Below are positions 38,495 to 51,800 of a stretch of 64,000 bases of DNA, piece by piece. Under the pieces are notes generated by a model. It did no database searches. It had not been told where the DNA came from and saw nothing but the letters and a program-made list of their open reading frames with translations. This stretch comes from Sphyrna mokarran. Taxonomy: Eukaryota. The position numbers and the translations under genes are program-made. The DNA lies in assembly GCA_024679065.1 (NCBI GenBank), contig JAGIQG010000002.1, forward strand, positions 116,250,001-116,314,000, in the 5' to 3' direction. The stretch's first letter is position 1. Every line of letters starts with the position of its first letter.

Positions 38495-38809
38495 GTCATC
38501 TACATATTGGAAATACGAACAGAGTAGCATTCTACAGCTTATAACATCAAAAATGCGTTTCTTACGGAAAACGATGAAAAGCCTACCTTCACAAATATGC
38601 AATGGTAATTTCCACTAACAGGATGCTGTGTCTGTCCGAAAAGATGTTCTGTCTTCCACACAATGTAGCAATACTATATAAATTTCAGTGTTGTTGTGAT
38701 ACCAAGTAGAGAGATTGTAGGTCCTGGTGATTGACTGACTGAACCAAACAGCACATTCATTAACTTGTAATAAGTAGATGACAGACTACATTAAATCAGT
38801 CCTTGCTTA

Positions 38810-39210
38810 TTAAATCTGAAACAAGATGTGGAAGTATAGTTGTGAGAAGGATGCAAAGATGCTTTAAGGGGATTTGGAGTAGCTAAGTGGTCAAAATTTG
38901 GCACATGGAATTCAATGTAGAGAAATGTGAGGTTATCCACTTCAGTAGGAAGAACAGAAAGATTAGGACAGGTGATCAAGTGTTTCTTATATAAGAGGCT
39001 GGGGAGTGTTGAACTTCAATGGGTCTTGGGTATCTTTCTTCTTTAGTTACTGAAAGCTAACATGCAGATGCAACAAGCAATTCAGAAAGCAAATGGTTTG
39101 ATGCCTTTATTGCAAGATGATTTGAGTAAAGAGGGTTAGATCTTGACGTGACCATACGTGGAGTATTGTGTGCAGCTTTGGCCTCCTTACTTCAAGAAAG
39201 ATTTATATGT
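38810..39210 (+). mobile_element. Old CR1 fragment
   Basis: WHMEFNVEKCEVIHF-like and YVEYCVQLWPPYFKKD-like translations. Confidence 0.75.
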
Positions 39211-40149
39211 TGAACAATTCTAAATGCGCTAATAGCTACACTCAATGAACAATAAGTCAAGCTGGTAACATGGTTCATTCACACTTCTTAGAAGCAATAT
39301 ATATTCATCGATAGCAATCAGTTATCTCCAAATAAAGGAAATATGTTCAAGCCTTGTGCCTTTTCGGAAGCAGCTGAGAGCCAGGGGAGCTTTTAGTTTT
39401 CCATGATAGTGACGTGCCTATCAGAGTTGACTCTGAAATAATAGTGGTCATTTGAAATTTGTACGTTTTTTTTCCAATGAATGCAAGACAAAAAGCTTTG
39501 GCTTCATGTCTTTCTTTTTAGCAACTTTATTTATATTTTAGGACTGTGCCATTGAAAAGTGAGTTGGAGCACTATTCAGTTGTCATGGAGTGTGAACTAT
39601 GTGCCCTAAGCTTCATGTCAAATTTGAGCTTTGCTATTATTTTGAGAGGATGGATGCACAGAATGGATCCCAAGTGCTTGTTTTGGAGGATGATTGTTTG
39701 GGGCCAATGTTGGATTGTATAGTTATTTTGTAGATACTTAAGATCAGGTTACTGGCTTGCTTTTCACAGACATCTCCAGTATGTGGAAAACAAAAAAAAG
39801 AAGAAATAACTTGTGGGAGAAGTAAACTTTGAGCATAATTTCTGTTGTCTGTGGTATTGAGGGCGATGGTATTGTGTTACTTGAAAGAATAATTCCTTTT
39901 AATTACTTTCCACATGTGGAATGCGTGTTTTTTTTCAATGAAATTATAGAAATGTTGTGACTTTAAAACACTCTTTATTGAAATGCACTTTCGTTCAAGA
40001 TCATTCAAACATTATTCTATGTTTGAGGAATTTCTATCTTCTTGCTTTATTTGAAATTTGACTTGAAATTCCTGCAAAGTTTCAAACTTTCTCACTTTGT
40101 GATCTGTGCAGCTGATTTGGTAACCAGTAACAACCTGAACATCCATAGG

Positions 40150-40477
40150 ATAGAGTATCATAGTATTATACATTGCAGAAGGAGGCCATTTGGCCCATTG
40201 AGTCTGCACTGACCACAATCCCACCTAGGCCCAATCACCATAACACTCTACATTTACCCTAGCTAGCTCCACTAATGCTAAAGGGCAATTTAGAATGGCC
40301 AATTTTTCTAACCTGCACATCTTTGTACTGTGGGAGAAAACTGGAGCACCCGGAGAAAACCCACACTAGACACGGGGAGAACGTGCAAACTGCACACAGA
40401 CAGTGACCCAAGTCAGAAATCTAACCTGGGTCTCTGGCACTGTGAAGTAGCAGTGCTAACTACTGTGCCACTGTGCC
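40150..40477 (-). mobile_element. HE1-type SINE, full length
   Basis: Tail, GGAGCACCCGGAGAAAACCCAC core, head ...GCAGTGCTAACTACTGTGCCACTGTGCC. Confidence 0.9.
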
Positions 40478-41866
40478 AGTTTTTTCACTTTGTCCGTGAA
40501 GTGCACTTTGGTCTTTAGGCACTATATTTTTGGATATAAAAAAAAACTTAAATTTGTCCAAGATCCAAGTGAAAATGTAGGGTGATGGGTTGATGCATGA
40601 AGGGACTAGCCTGGGATAAAGGGAAACCATGATACAGTAATTGTATGTGGCCTTGCATAAAATAGGCTTGACGGGTTGAATAGCCTTCCGCAGTGTTCTA
40701 CTTTCTGCAATGAGCTTCATTATATATACCTTTTTAAGCTGGTGTCAGAATTTTTCCTACATTATTCTTTTATGGCACTGCTCACTTGATATTTTATGGT
40801 TTTTTTATGGTATTGTAGGGGCACATAATAATTTTTAGTAACACTGTTTCTAATGACATAAAATAGCAATGACCCATGATCTGAACAATACACTGTGAAT
40901 GTTTTGGTCTTCTGTGTTTCTCTAAATTTTAGGAATAAGTACCTATTAACAAACAGCAAACTGACCAAAGCGAAGTATTGGCCACAAGACCTGGCAGTCA
41001 ATGAAATGTTTTTAGTGGAAAATGTAATCCAACAGTACCATCTTTGTTTTATCTTACAAAGAAAATAATTAAAGTCCGGGTACAGGTCCTTGAGAACTGA
41101 GATGCCTAAAATGAGCTATGCAATGCCTGAGCCTTTTCATTCCTGTTTAGAATGATACCAGAGCAGAGGAAATTTGGTTTCACACTAGATTCTTGTAGTT
41201 TTGGGAATGCTCACTGAGGCAGGCTCTCCAAGAGCTAATCAATAGATAGTTTTGTTCACTTGTTTCCAGTCTCCATTTTCATTCTAAGCTTGGACGTTAC
41301 AGTTTCCACTGATGGTTCTTCGACCGTTCACATTGCTGAATCATAGCTAATTGCAATTACATTTTGGTTCTCTAATATTTTAAGTAAACTGCTTGTCATC
41401 TTTGCATTATACATTGAAGAGCTTGCCAGAGCCTTTTGTATGTAAGGCAATTTTGGATCAGTTTCGAGATCATTTTACTTCACATGTGGATAAAGATTTT
41501 TTAATAGGTGAAATTTCTCATAACATTGCTCACATAGTTGGATATTCTGCTGTGTCAGTGACTGGGTGAATGGAAATGCTTCATTAGGCAGGATGTGGGA
41601 GAACTCTAGGCTTATGAGTAGAGTTGGCAACCACTGTTCTAATCTAGGACTTTGGAACTGATAGAAATGAAGCATTTTTTTCAAAGTTTACCTGGTTGTG
41701 GCTTCTTCAAATCTGTTGCAATATGTAACTTTTAAAAATTAGTTTTACCTGCAAAGAAGAATGTCATACTTTGTTACAGATTATAGTTTCTACTCAAGCA
41801 GTTGTCAGAAAGAAAACAACTTTTTTTGTTGTTTAAATTTATTTGGTCTTTGAACTCTTCTGGAAA

Positions 41867-41988
41867 CCATGATGTTGAGATAGCGGTGTTGGATTAAGGT
41901 GGGCAGAGTAAGAAGTCTGAGAGCACTCCAAAAGCTTGTGATACCAAATAAACCTGTTGGACTTTAACCTGGTGCTGTGAGACTTCTT
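41867..41988 (-). mobile_element. Family A mini-element, copy 6 (internally deleted)
   Basis: Tail CATGATGTTGAGATAGCGGTGTTGG plus right arm; TSD ACTCTTCTGGAAA / ACTTTTCTGGAAA. Confidence 0.8.
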
Positions 41989-42699
41989 ACTTTTCTGGAA
42001 AGTATTTCTTAGCCAGGCTAGTTCAAATTAGTAGCCGTTGAAGCCTTTGTCAGAGGCAGATGCGCCAGTGGACGGAAAGGAATAAATGTGCTACAAAGGG
42101 ATGCATTGTTCAGTGTAACAATTATGAGTACTGTTTTCAACCTACAGTAGTAAGTTCCAGGGTACGTCATCTGAACTTCTTCAGCAGCATTATCCATACT
42201 ATCCTCACTGAGTGGATTCCATCTGCTGTCCAGTTCCACAGGACTTTCTTGTGTTAATCCATTATTAAATATCATCTAGTCCTTGCCAAGCATGTAAAGC
42301 AAGTACATTTTTGATCACACTTGCACTGCTTCCTCAGCAGTCTCCCAAGGGTTCATTATTCCTTTACTACATCTGCACCATGCTGACATCTTCCATTGAG
42401 TGTGGATTTGTTTCAGCTGTTTTCATGATTTCCTCAACTGCTGTAGTGCCTTCCCTAAAATGTTTTAGAGGAACCATAACTTTCTTAAGCAAATTCTGGG
42501 GTGTCAAAACTATTACTTTTGACCCTCACTGCCCACGAGGAACTACATTTTTTCTATTTCTACACCCTATTTCCCCTAGTCTCTTGCCCTTAGACATACA
42601 TAGCTGTCAAATTGAGACTCAGTCTTTGCAACTTTACAGTCTTGTATAATGCAAGTTGTGCTTTCTCTCCCATATCCTATACGCTACAAAGATTGCCTA

Positions 42700-42905
42700 C
42701 ATTTCCTCTAAGTACATTGTCTGTTTTTATTGCAGTCCATCTGCTGCTGAAACTCTCGTCAACACTTTTATGACTTTCCAGACTCGATTGTTGGCCTCCC
42801 ATTCTCCCACTCTGTAAACTTTACATTTGCCTTAAATCAAAATCACCTTAAATTCTGCTGCCTGTCTCTTCATCCCTGCTGACTTGCATTGGTTTGGCTG
42901 CCAGT
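42700..42905 (+). mobile_element. Old L2 fragment
   Basis: TCTGCTGCTGAAACTCTCGTCAACACTTTTATGACTTTCCAGACTCGATTG (SAAETL...SRLD-like), similar to 51318-51370. Confidence 0.55.
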
Positions 42906-43265
42906 CGTGGTTCTGTGTATGTTCAATCACATGCTGTCCTGTTCTCATAGACTTAGTACATCCAATCTCACAGCGTACAGTCTTCATATGCCAACTGGAA
43001 AACAAACAGTCGCTTGTGATTCTTGATAAAACCACACTTTTCCCTAGCTCCAATATTTCTCCAAGTAACACATTTAAATACTCAAACAAAACAGAAAATG
43101 TGGCATGGGATATTTTTCTTTATTAATGGTGCATTCTATGTGCTGATGGTGATTCTTTAATCATTGTAGTAATTGTAAAATCTGCATGACCATTGCTGCT
43201 GTGCCTTTTACATTTCAATTGAAATAAGCTTGGCAGTTAAAGCCTGAGTCATACCATAATGTAGA

Positions 43266-43538
43266 ATGGCACAGTGGTTAGCACTGCTGCCTTGAGGGTC
43301 TCAGTGTCTGTGTGGGTTTCCTCCATGCACAGTCCAAAGATATACAGGTTAAGTGGGTTGGCCATGATAAATTGCCCCAGGATGTGTCCCAATGTCCCAA
43401 GAAGTGTAGGTTAGGGGGATTATCAGGTTAAATATATGGGGCTGTGGAGATAGGACCTGGATAAGATGCTCTGTTGAAGAGCTAGTGCAACCTCGATGGG
43501 CAGAATGGCCTCCTTCTGCACTGTTGTGATTCTATGAT
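43266..43538 (+). mobile_element. HE1-type SINE with internal deletions
   Basis: TGGCACAGTGGTTAGCACTGCTGCC head; CCTTCTGCACTG...TTCTATGATT tail. Confidence 0.85.
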
Positions 43539-45399
43539 TAGGGGCCGTTGTTCTGCTCTCCAAAATAAATGATCATATGAAAACCAGTGGAAGCTAAAAC
43601 ATAGAGGATTTTCTGTTCAACCCTAGGCACAGGATACATTTATTTAATAATCTGGATAAGGGAAAGCACTGTTAAGAAGTTGAAGGTTGCTATCAGTACG
43701 ATAGATGTTGCTGAAACACTGGAATATCATGAGTGATAGAAAATGCAGAGAACATGACTGCAACATGAGTTGGTGTATACCATCATAGATTAGAGTTAAA
43801 GAATAAAAGAACTTAACATTTATATAGCACTTTTGTAATCTCAGGACATCCCAAAATATTTTAAAGTGAATGAAATATCTTCCAAGTATAATGTAGGGAA
43901 ACAGGAATTTGTTTCCAAATCCTTTTTGTAGCCTTGCACTTCCTTAAGCTCTCGCCCTCCAACTCACCAGTGTCTGAATTCTTCAAATCTTGTGTAGTTT
44001 CAATTTTCATTGTTTAACTGTTTGATAGTATTGCCTTTAAGCTGCTAGACTCCAAACTCAGGTTCAACCTCACTCAATCTCTCTGCCTTTTATCTTTAAA
44101 GCACTCCTTAGAATGTATACCTTGAAGACGTGTCCTAATATCGTTATGTGCTTTGGTGTGTTAACTTATATATGCTATTGCTCCTGAGAAGCTCCTTGAG
44201 GAGTTTTAGCATAGTATAAAAATAACTTGCAGTAATTGTCACCCATCTTTCTGGAGCAGGAATTTAACCCCCAACCTTATGACTCTGAGGCAAAAATGTG
44301 TTATCAACTGAGCCATGGCTAACAACGCAAATCATTCATGGTAGCAACAATATGAATAAATTAATGGGACCACATTTTTAACTGGGTGTGGGTATGCATG
44401 CCATCAGCAAATGGCCACACTTCGATTTTTCTTCTTTCAAGGAAATCAGATTTTCTTCCCCATTTCCGACCCTATACCATTTTCCTCCGGCTTTCCTGAG
44501 AGTCAGGAATGCCATGTGTGCAAAAAGCACGCCAAACTTCACTAGAGGTCAGATTCCAAATTTTAAGTGGCCAATGAAAATTGGGTTTCCTTCTGTACAC
44601 TATTTTCGTCTGGTGCTGCAGTGCTTTGGAAGCTCATAAAAAGCATGACAGGTTTGAGAGTTTGTGAAAGACATGTAAAGTCTGCTCAGGAGTGTGGAGC
44701 ATTCTAAAAATTAAGTGGAAAATAACTTGCTAATGTTGCTATTACATATATTGTAATGTAGATGTGTTGGCAATGCAGTGATGCATCACAAGGATTGTGC
44801 TGGAAGATATGATGCCCCTTCTATTGATCAACAATGTGTAGTTGATCATAGTATTTAAAAAAGTATTAAAATGATTAAGAGGGTAGATACTCTCTTTCCT
44901 GTTGTATAGAAGCAATCCAGAACAGCAATTCCCTTTAGTTCCTCCTCTTCACCTGCTTTCCACAATTGTTCAGAGAAACAGAAGCAGCACTGTTTGTGCT
45001 GGCATTAATTTTGTGAAAGTGAGAAGACAGCAAGAGTAAACTCATTTCAGAGTGTTTAGGTCCTGAATCTTGATATTTTGAGACTCTGTTAAAAGATTCT
45101 AGAATTGCCAAATCCCAGTTTTAACTGTGCATAAAAACTTTGGCAGAAACTCAGTGGTCAGATTTTACTGATGGTGTCAAAATCAATTTGTGACACATGC
45201 TGTGTTAACCCATACATGAATGCTGACACTTGCTTTGATGCAAGAGAATTGCTGCCAATACGACAATACTGAGTGTCGATTAAAATGTAATGCTTGTGTT
45301 AAATTTTCAAACTACGTTCACTGGGTTTGAGAAACACAATGGTACCATTAAAGGCTCTCTCTCCACGCTTCTGGTAGTGTACATGGAGATCATTATGAA

Positions 45400-45760
45400 T
45401 CATTGACCAGAGACACAATATTTAGCCTGAGACTCCAGAAGAAACTCTACATTGTTACATCTGGGACCTTTCGAATGAGGTGCTAACACAGAGCCCTATC
45501 TGGTGTTCTGAGGACCTTAGCATGATTTTGAAGAAGAACAGGGAATTTCTCCTCAGTATCCTGGTCAATATTTATCTTTGAATAAACGCTATTAAAGCAG
45601 ATTATCTGGTCATTCCCACATTGCTGTTTGTGGGAGCTTGCTGTGTACAAAATTTGATTACTGTATTTCCTACATTAGTAACTACATTTCAAAAGTAATT
45701 AGCTGCAAGGCACCTGGGGACATCCTAAAATAGAAAGAGTACTGTATAAGTTTTTCTTTC
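45400..45760 (+). mobile_element. Deu-domain SINE (SacSINE1/AmnSINE1-like)
   Basis: GAAGAAGAACAGGGAATTTCTCCTCAGTATCCTGGTCAATATTTATC...CAGATTATCTGGTCATT...TTGCTGTTTGTGGGAGCTTGCTGTG matches the Deu domain as I recall it. Confidence 0.8.
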
Positions 45761-46577
45761 TCTTATTAGTGCATGCCACTTTGGATGATAATGGAGACAA
45801 TTTGAGGTGCTGAATTTGTATCCATATATTCAACAAACTTAGTGGAAACATTGGAATTGTGTTTTGGGCTGAGTCAGCAACTCAAGGTGAGAAAGACTAA
45901 AGCGAAGGAACAGCCATCAGCAGAAATTTAATGTAAAAGTAGGCTTCTTTCTCACGCTTCCCCTGCTCCTTTCTCCAGTTTCTCCTCTGTTTTGAAACTG
46001 CCTACCTGTTCTGTTTAAATCATGATGTATTAAGAACCACAGGAGTCTGGGTGCTACATTTCAGTATTTCACTAAAGCATATTGAGAAAAATGTTAAAGC
46101 TTGTAATGAGTACCAAATCATTTATGGATAAGGTAGTCTATTTGGCCCATCTTAATTCATTAATTCAGGGCAAAATGCACTCTGTCCACTGCTGCATCTG
46201 ATTGCTGCTTAAATAATCCCAGGGTTTCTGTCTTGACCATTTTTCCCAAAACATCATGCCAAATGCTTAATCAGTGAAAAAGATCTTCCTGTCACCCATG
46301 TTAAAACTGTGTTGTTAATTTGAATCATGTTTTATTCCCGCAAAGGAATTGGATAGCTCCGTTAGACAAGACACTGCTCATCTGAAGATTTTTACTGGTT
46401 GATTGTTGGAGTAAGTGTTTGTTCTTAGTATAGTTGTGGTGATTGATCCCATGAAAGGTGTGCATGTGTGTCACTCTGCTAAATCACCTCTTTGAAAATA
46501 GGTGCCACATTGGCTTGTAACTTCTTGGCCTGTCAATATCGTTCCAATCTCTTTGCTGGTTTCTCTTAATTAACACG

Positions 46578-48210
46578 GTTAAATGTAGGTCAAGCCTACA
46601 CTAATGACGTTATGCACTAGGATACTCGCAAAAAAAAAATCCAAGAGCAGCCCTCCCACAACCCATCGTGTGTATGCCCCTTGTTAGACAACAAAGAGGA
46701 CCAAAGTACCTGTAGGATAAAAACAAATACATCAATATCATGACTATTTACACACTTCCCAGGAACTCCCAAGGTTCATGATCCCTATTTTAAATCAGTT
46801 TTCTATACCCCTCCGTTCCCATTCTGTTCATGTGTCCATCTAAGTATCTCTTAAATAACTCTAGAGTGCCTGCTTCCACCACTTTTTACTTGGCAGCATG
46901 TTCCATAGTTACACCATCCTCTGTGTGAAAAAACTCCCTCTAGCATCCAAATTATATCTTACCACCCTCACCCTAAGCCGGTGACTCCTGTTGCTATTTG
47001 AGTCCATCCTAGGAAAAAGCTTAACCTGGTTTACTCTATCTATACCCCTCATAATCTTGTACACCTCTATTAGATCTCCTCTAAGTCTACGTCTTTCTAA
47101 GGAAAACAGCCCCAATTTGCCTAACCTCTCATCATAACTCAGACCTTCCATACCAGGCAGCATCCTGGTAAACCTCCTCTGCACTCTCTCCAGAGTTCCA
47201 CGTCCTTCCGGCAGTAAGGCGACCAGAACTGGACACAGTATTCCAAATGAGGTCCAACGAATGTTTTGTACAACTACAACATTAAAGGCCAGCTCTTGTA
47301 CTCTATACCCCTTCCTATAAAGGCTAGCATACCATATGCTTTCTTCACAACCTTCTCCACCTGCTCTGCCACCTTCAGAGACTTGTGCACCTGCACCTCC
47401 AGGTCTCTTTGCGTTTCTATACTCTTAATAGGTCTACCCTCTTTCATATACTTTCCCTTACATTCTTTCTCCCAAAATGCATCATCTCACATTTATCGGG
47501 ATTGAATTCCATCTGCCATCTATCTGCTCAAGCTACCAGCCTATCTATGTCTTGCTGCATCGCCTGACAATGCTCCTCACTATCTGCAAGTCCAGCTAGC
47601 TTTGTATTGTCTGCAAACTTGCTGATCTCTCCGCTTACTTCCTCTTCCAAGTCATATATATATTATTTCAAATAGAAGAGGTCCTAGTACCAAGCCCTGT
47701 GGCACACCACTAGTGACCAACCTCCAGCTAGAAAAACACCCTTCCACTATTACTCTCTGTCTCCTATTATCAAGCCAGTTCCTTATTCATCTAGCTACCT
47801 GTCCTTGTATCCCATAAGCCTTGACCTTTTCAACTAACCTCCCATGAGAGACTTTGTCAAACGCCTTACTGAAATCCATATAGACGACATCAACGGCTCG
47901 CCCTTCGTCCACTGTTTTCGTCACGTGCTCAAAAAATTCTACCAGATTCGTAAGGCATGACCTCTCCTTGACAAAGCCATGCTGCATATCCCGAATCAGA
48001 TTGCAATGCTCTAAGTGCCTATACATCCTATCTCTAAGAATCCCTTCCAGCAGCTTTCCTACCACTGACTTCAAACTCACCGGCCTGTAATTTTCAGGCT
48101 TATCCCTACTACCCTTTTTAAACAGCAGTATAACATTAGCTATTCTCCAGTCCTCTGGGACCTCACCTGTGTCCAAAGAAGAGACAAAGATTTGCGTCGC
48201 CCTCTCATCC
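46578..48210 (-). mobile_element. CR1/HER1 LINE, same subfamily as 16706-18155
   Basis: ORFs 47787..48230(-) and 46909..47184(-); 3' UTR matches 17940-18150 but lacks the usual CR1 tail. Confidence 0.95.
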
Positions 48211-48279
48211 TGGAGAATTATTTGTTTCAAATCTTTTTGTTTGTCTTACGATTACCATCTCATATACCTGAGCCTTGAA

Positions 48280-49100
48280 TTTCATTTTAATCCTTGAGAT
48301 ATGAACATCGCTGGCAAAGTCAGCATCCGTTGTTCACCCATAATTGCCCTCGGAAAGGTGGTGGTGAGCCACCTTCTTAAATCATCACAGTCCATCTGAT
48401 GTCGATATGCTTGAAGTGTCATTGCATAGAAATATAGAAAATAGGTGTGGGAGCAGGCCATTCAGCCCTTCAAGCCTGCAGCTCTGTTCAATATGACGAT
48501 GGATGATTTCAATACCCTGCTCCCTTTCTCTCTATACCTCTTGATTCTTTTAGTCGCAAGGGCCACATTCAGCTCTCTTTTGAACGTATCTATTGAACTG
48601 GCCCCAATAGCTTCTGTGGTATTGAATTCCACAGGCTCATAACTGTCTTCCTATCTCAGCCCTAAATGGCTTACCCCTAGTTCTGAACTTCCCAAACATG
48701 GTAATATTCTTCCTGCATCTAATCCAGCCCGTCACATTTTGTTTCCTTGAGATTCGCTCTCATTCATCTAAATTCCAGTGAGTGTAAGCCCAGTTGATCC
48801 AGTCTCTCCATATGTCAGTCCTGCCATTCCAGAAATCAGTCAGGTGAACTTTCACTGAATTCCCTCAATAGCAAGAATGTCTGTCCTTAGACCAGGAGAC
48901 CAAAACTGCATACAGTACTCAAGGTGTGGTCTCACTAAGACCTTGTATAACTGCAGCAAGACATCCCTACTCTTGTACTCAAATTTTCATGCCATGAAGG
49001 CCAGCATGCTTGTTGGGAAGGAGTTTTAGGATTTTGGCCGAGTGATGATGAAGGAACAGAGATATGTTTCCAAGTCAGGAACTTGCAGATGATAATGTTC
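48280..49100 (-). mobile_element. 3' end of an L2/Crack-like LINE split by a CR1 insertion
   Basis: TAATTGCCCTCGGAAAGGTGGTGGTGAGCCACCTTC is an approximate reverse complement of 62810-62860; the element resumes at about 49008. Confidence 0.6.
48427..49007 (-). mobile_element. CR1 3' fragment
   Basis: CATAGAAATATAGAAAATAGG tail; reverse translation LYKVLVRPHLEYCMQFWSP. Confidence 0.85.
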
Positions 49101-51009
49101 TGAATGTTTCACTAATCATTATACATTTGCTTGAGAGTGAGTATATTATTCCAGTGTTGCCTTATGTGTACTTTTGAGGAAGTAATATTTATTGCTTGTG
49201 CAGGTCCTCATTTCCAGGTCTATTTGAATTGTTTAATGTGATCATCTTTTGACTATTCCTCTTATTGTTGTAGTTCTGAGACTTCTTTCATTTGTTGAGT
49301 TCTGCCCTCCAGCTATGTCTTTTTTCTGGGTGTCTCTGTCCTGATTATCATCTGTGCTTCTGTATATGCTTTGAAGATATTGTCATTGGATCTATACTGG
49401 ATTACTTTTAGTGGACTGTTAAGTGGCCTGAAAATTGTTTTTTTTAAGGATTTTTTTTTTTTTGTCAGGTTTATCGCTTGATCTCTATAAGACTGCGGTG
49501 TAAGATATCCCTGGAATTCCCTCCTAAACCTCGCCAAATTCCCATCTCTGCTCTTACTTCAAGAACTTCCTTAAAACCCATTCTATCCTTAAGCTTTTAG
49601 CAACCAACCAATAACTTATCCTTTGATTGGACATTCATTATTTTCTTCATGTTTGGATCCATCCACTATTACAGATATTTGCAAAATACCATTGCTTCCA
49701 TGTTATCCTGAGATCCCTGCTCATGAGCTGCCCATGGACAAGATTTTGAACACCTTTGTCCTTAGCCTCTGACACTTCCAAAGATGCTCAGTGTAAGCAT
49801 AATAAATAGCAGCTCATCAAATGATGAGACATTTTACACCTTTCTGAACGCAAGGTTGAGATTGGCAGTAGCAGATCATAACCATTGCCCCCATTAGCTG
49901 CTGATAACTCTGTTATTCCCATTTACAGCTCCCTGGACACACATTCACATCTCCCTGTCCTTGCAACATTATCTCTTCTGTCATTTAATCTCTCCTGTCA
50001 CCCACAACTGCACTTTACTAAACCTCTGTACTCACTTCAAATCTATCTGTAACCGTATTTATGTATTTTTGCATCAACCTAGAATGTTAACTCTGTTTCT
50101 CTCTGTACAAATGTTGCCCAACCTGCTCAATATTTGCAGCACTTTCTGTTGTTATTATTTGTTTTTGTACATGTTGATGAAATGCTTTGGTACATTTGTC
50201 TGCAAGAAAATAGTAATGCTCGTATTACTATTGTATATGCTATTATAATAAACATGATGATTAAGATCAGTTGGCTGATGGAAATTGAATTCAGATCCAT
50301 AAGAGCTTTTTGGATAACATCGCAGATTTGAAAAATAAATGACCACTATTGTTATTTGTAATTAAATATAATCTTCTTTTACCACTTTTCGTGTGTTAAT
50401 TGTCTACAGTTGCTATTTCCACTTGCAAATATTGAAATACCCACAGGACTTGCCCTAATTCTGAGAGAGAGCTTCAGTTGTATGAATAAAGATGGTGGCA
50501 TCATTTGTAGAAAACCACTTTATTAATACATAGCATAAAATGGCATAAACAAGTACAGAAATATGATGAAAGCTGAGCACTCACCCTTCCCATCCCCATC
50601 TCAAGGATGGCATCGCTGGAGCTGATATCCAACACTGGTTAACATTATTTGTGAAATGAAGCATTGTATTACAGACAGCAGATAGGAATCTAAGCTAAAC
50701 CTGTGCATGTTTGGTCCTGACAAAATAATAAAAGGACTGCAAGTCTTCCTGTTAAGAACCTAGCAGACCCACAACGTTTAATGGACCTATAATTTGAGAC
50801 TTTACACCATTGATATCAACAGAAAGATGCTGGTTTCTCAGCATTAGTAGGCAGCACTTGTGAAAGAAGCTTTATTTGCACTTTATCTTGACATGGTCAG
50901 CCATTTATGGACAGGTTTATGGAAGCTAGCTAGAACAGGTCAGTTTTAGACTGATCCTGTGCATGCTGAAGCCATTGCTTTTGGACACCCTCCCCTCCCC
51001 CCTCAGACT

Positions 51010-51800
51010 CTATTTTGTAGCCTCTTCCACCTCTGTAATATCACTCAATTTCCTGCCTGTGTCAGCTAGTCTTGGGTGACTGATGTGGAGTTTGCATGTT
51101 CTCTATGTCTCCGTGGGTTCCTCCGTGTTACCCAGTATCCTCCCACACTCCAGAAATGTGCAGATTTGGTGAATTGGCTATGCTAAATATTCCCATAAGT
51201 GTCATGGGAATTAGCAAGATAAATACATGGTGTTACGGGGATTGAACTTGGGTGGGATTGTTGCCAGTGGAGGCTCGATGGGCTGAATGGCTTCCTGCAT
51301 TGTAGGGATACTATGATCTGCTGCTGAAATCCTCATCCATGCCTTCATTACCTCCAGACTTGACTATTCCAGTGTACTCCTAAATGGTCTCTCATATTCC
51401 ATCCTGTATAAACTTCACATAATTTAAAACTCTGCTACCTGTTCCTTAACTCACAGCAAGTCTGTTCCCTGTATTCCCATGCCAGTCAAGCAATTCTCCT
51501 CATGGTTTTAAAATCCCTTCATGGCCTTGCCCCTCCCTAACTCTGTAATCTCTTTTTAACCCCATAACCCTTCAAGGTATCTGCTTCCTCTAATTCTGGC
51601 CTCTTGTGCATTCTCGATCATAATTCCTACGATATTGATGGCTGTGCCTTCTGGATGCCAAGGCTTCAAGCTCTGGAGTTCTCTCCCTAAGCGCCTGTCT
51701 CTACTTGTCTTTCCTCCTTTATCTTATAATATCTCCTTGTGTGGCTCAGTGAAGGATCTTGGAATGTTTCAGCACATTAAAGGAATGATATAGTTATAAA
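51010..51800 (+). mobile_element. L2-type LINE 3' fragment interrupted by an HE1 SINE
   Basis: SAAEILIHAFITSRLDYSSVLLNGL translation at 51318-51390. Confidence 0.8.
51084..51317 (+). mobile_element. HE1-type SINE, 5'-truncated
   Basis: TGTGGAGTTTGCATGTTCTC core; GGCTCGATGGGCTGAATGG...CTATGAT tail. Confidence 0.85.

Noticed and set aside
15881-41988. Dispersed palindromic repeats as a CRISPR array or as pre-miRNAs
   Set aside because: Eukaryotic DNA; the repeats are dispersed with individual TSDs and are homologous to a PLE terminus
42018-42649. ORFs of 65-112 aa, including a TYYC Ig-like motif
   Set aside because: No other Ig-domain residues and no convincing splice sites; adjoins decayed L2 sequence
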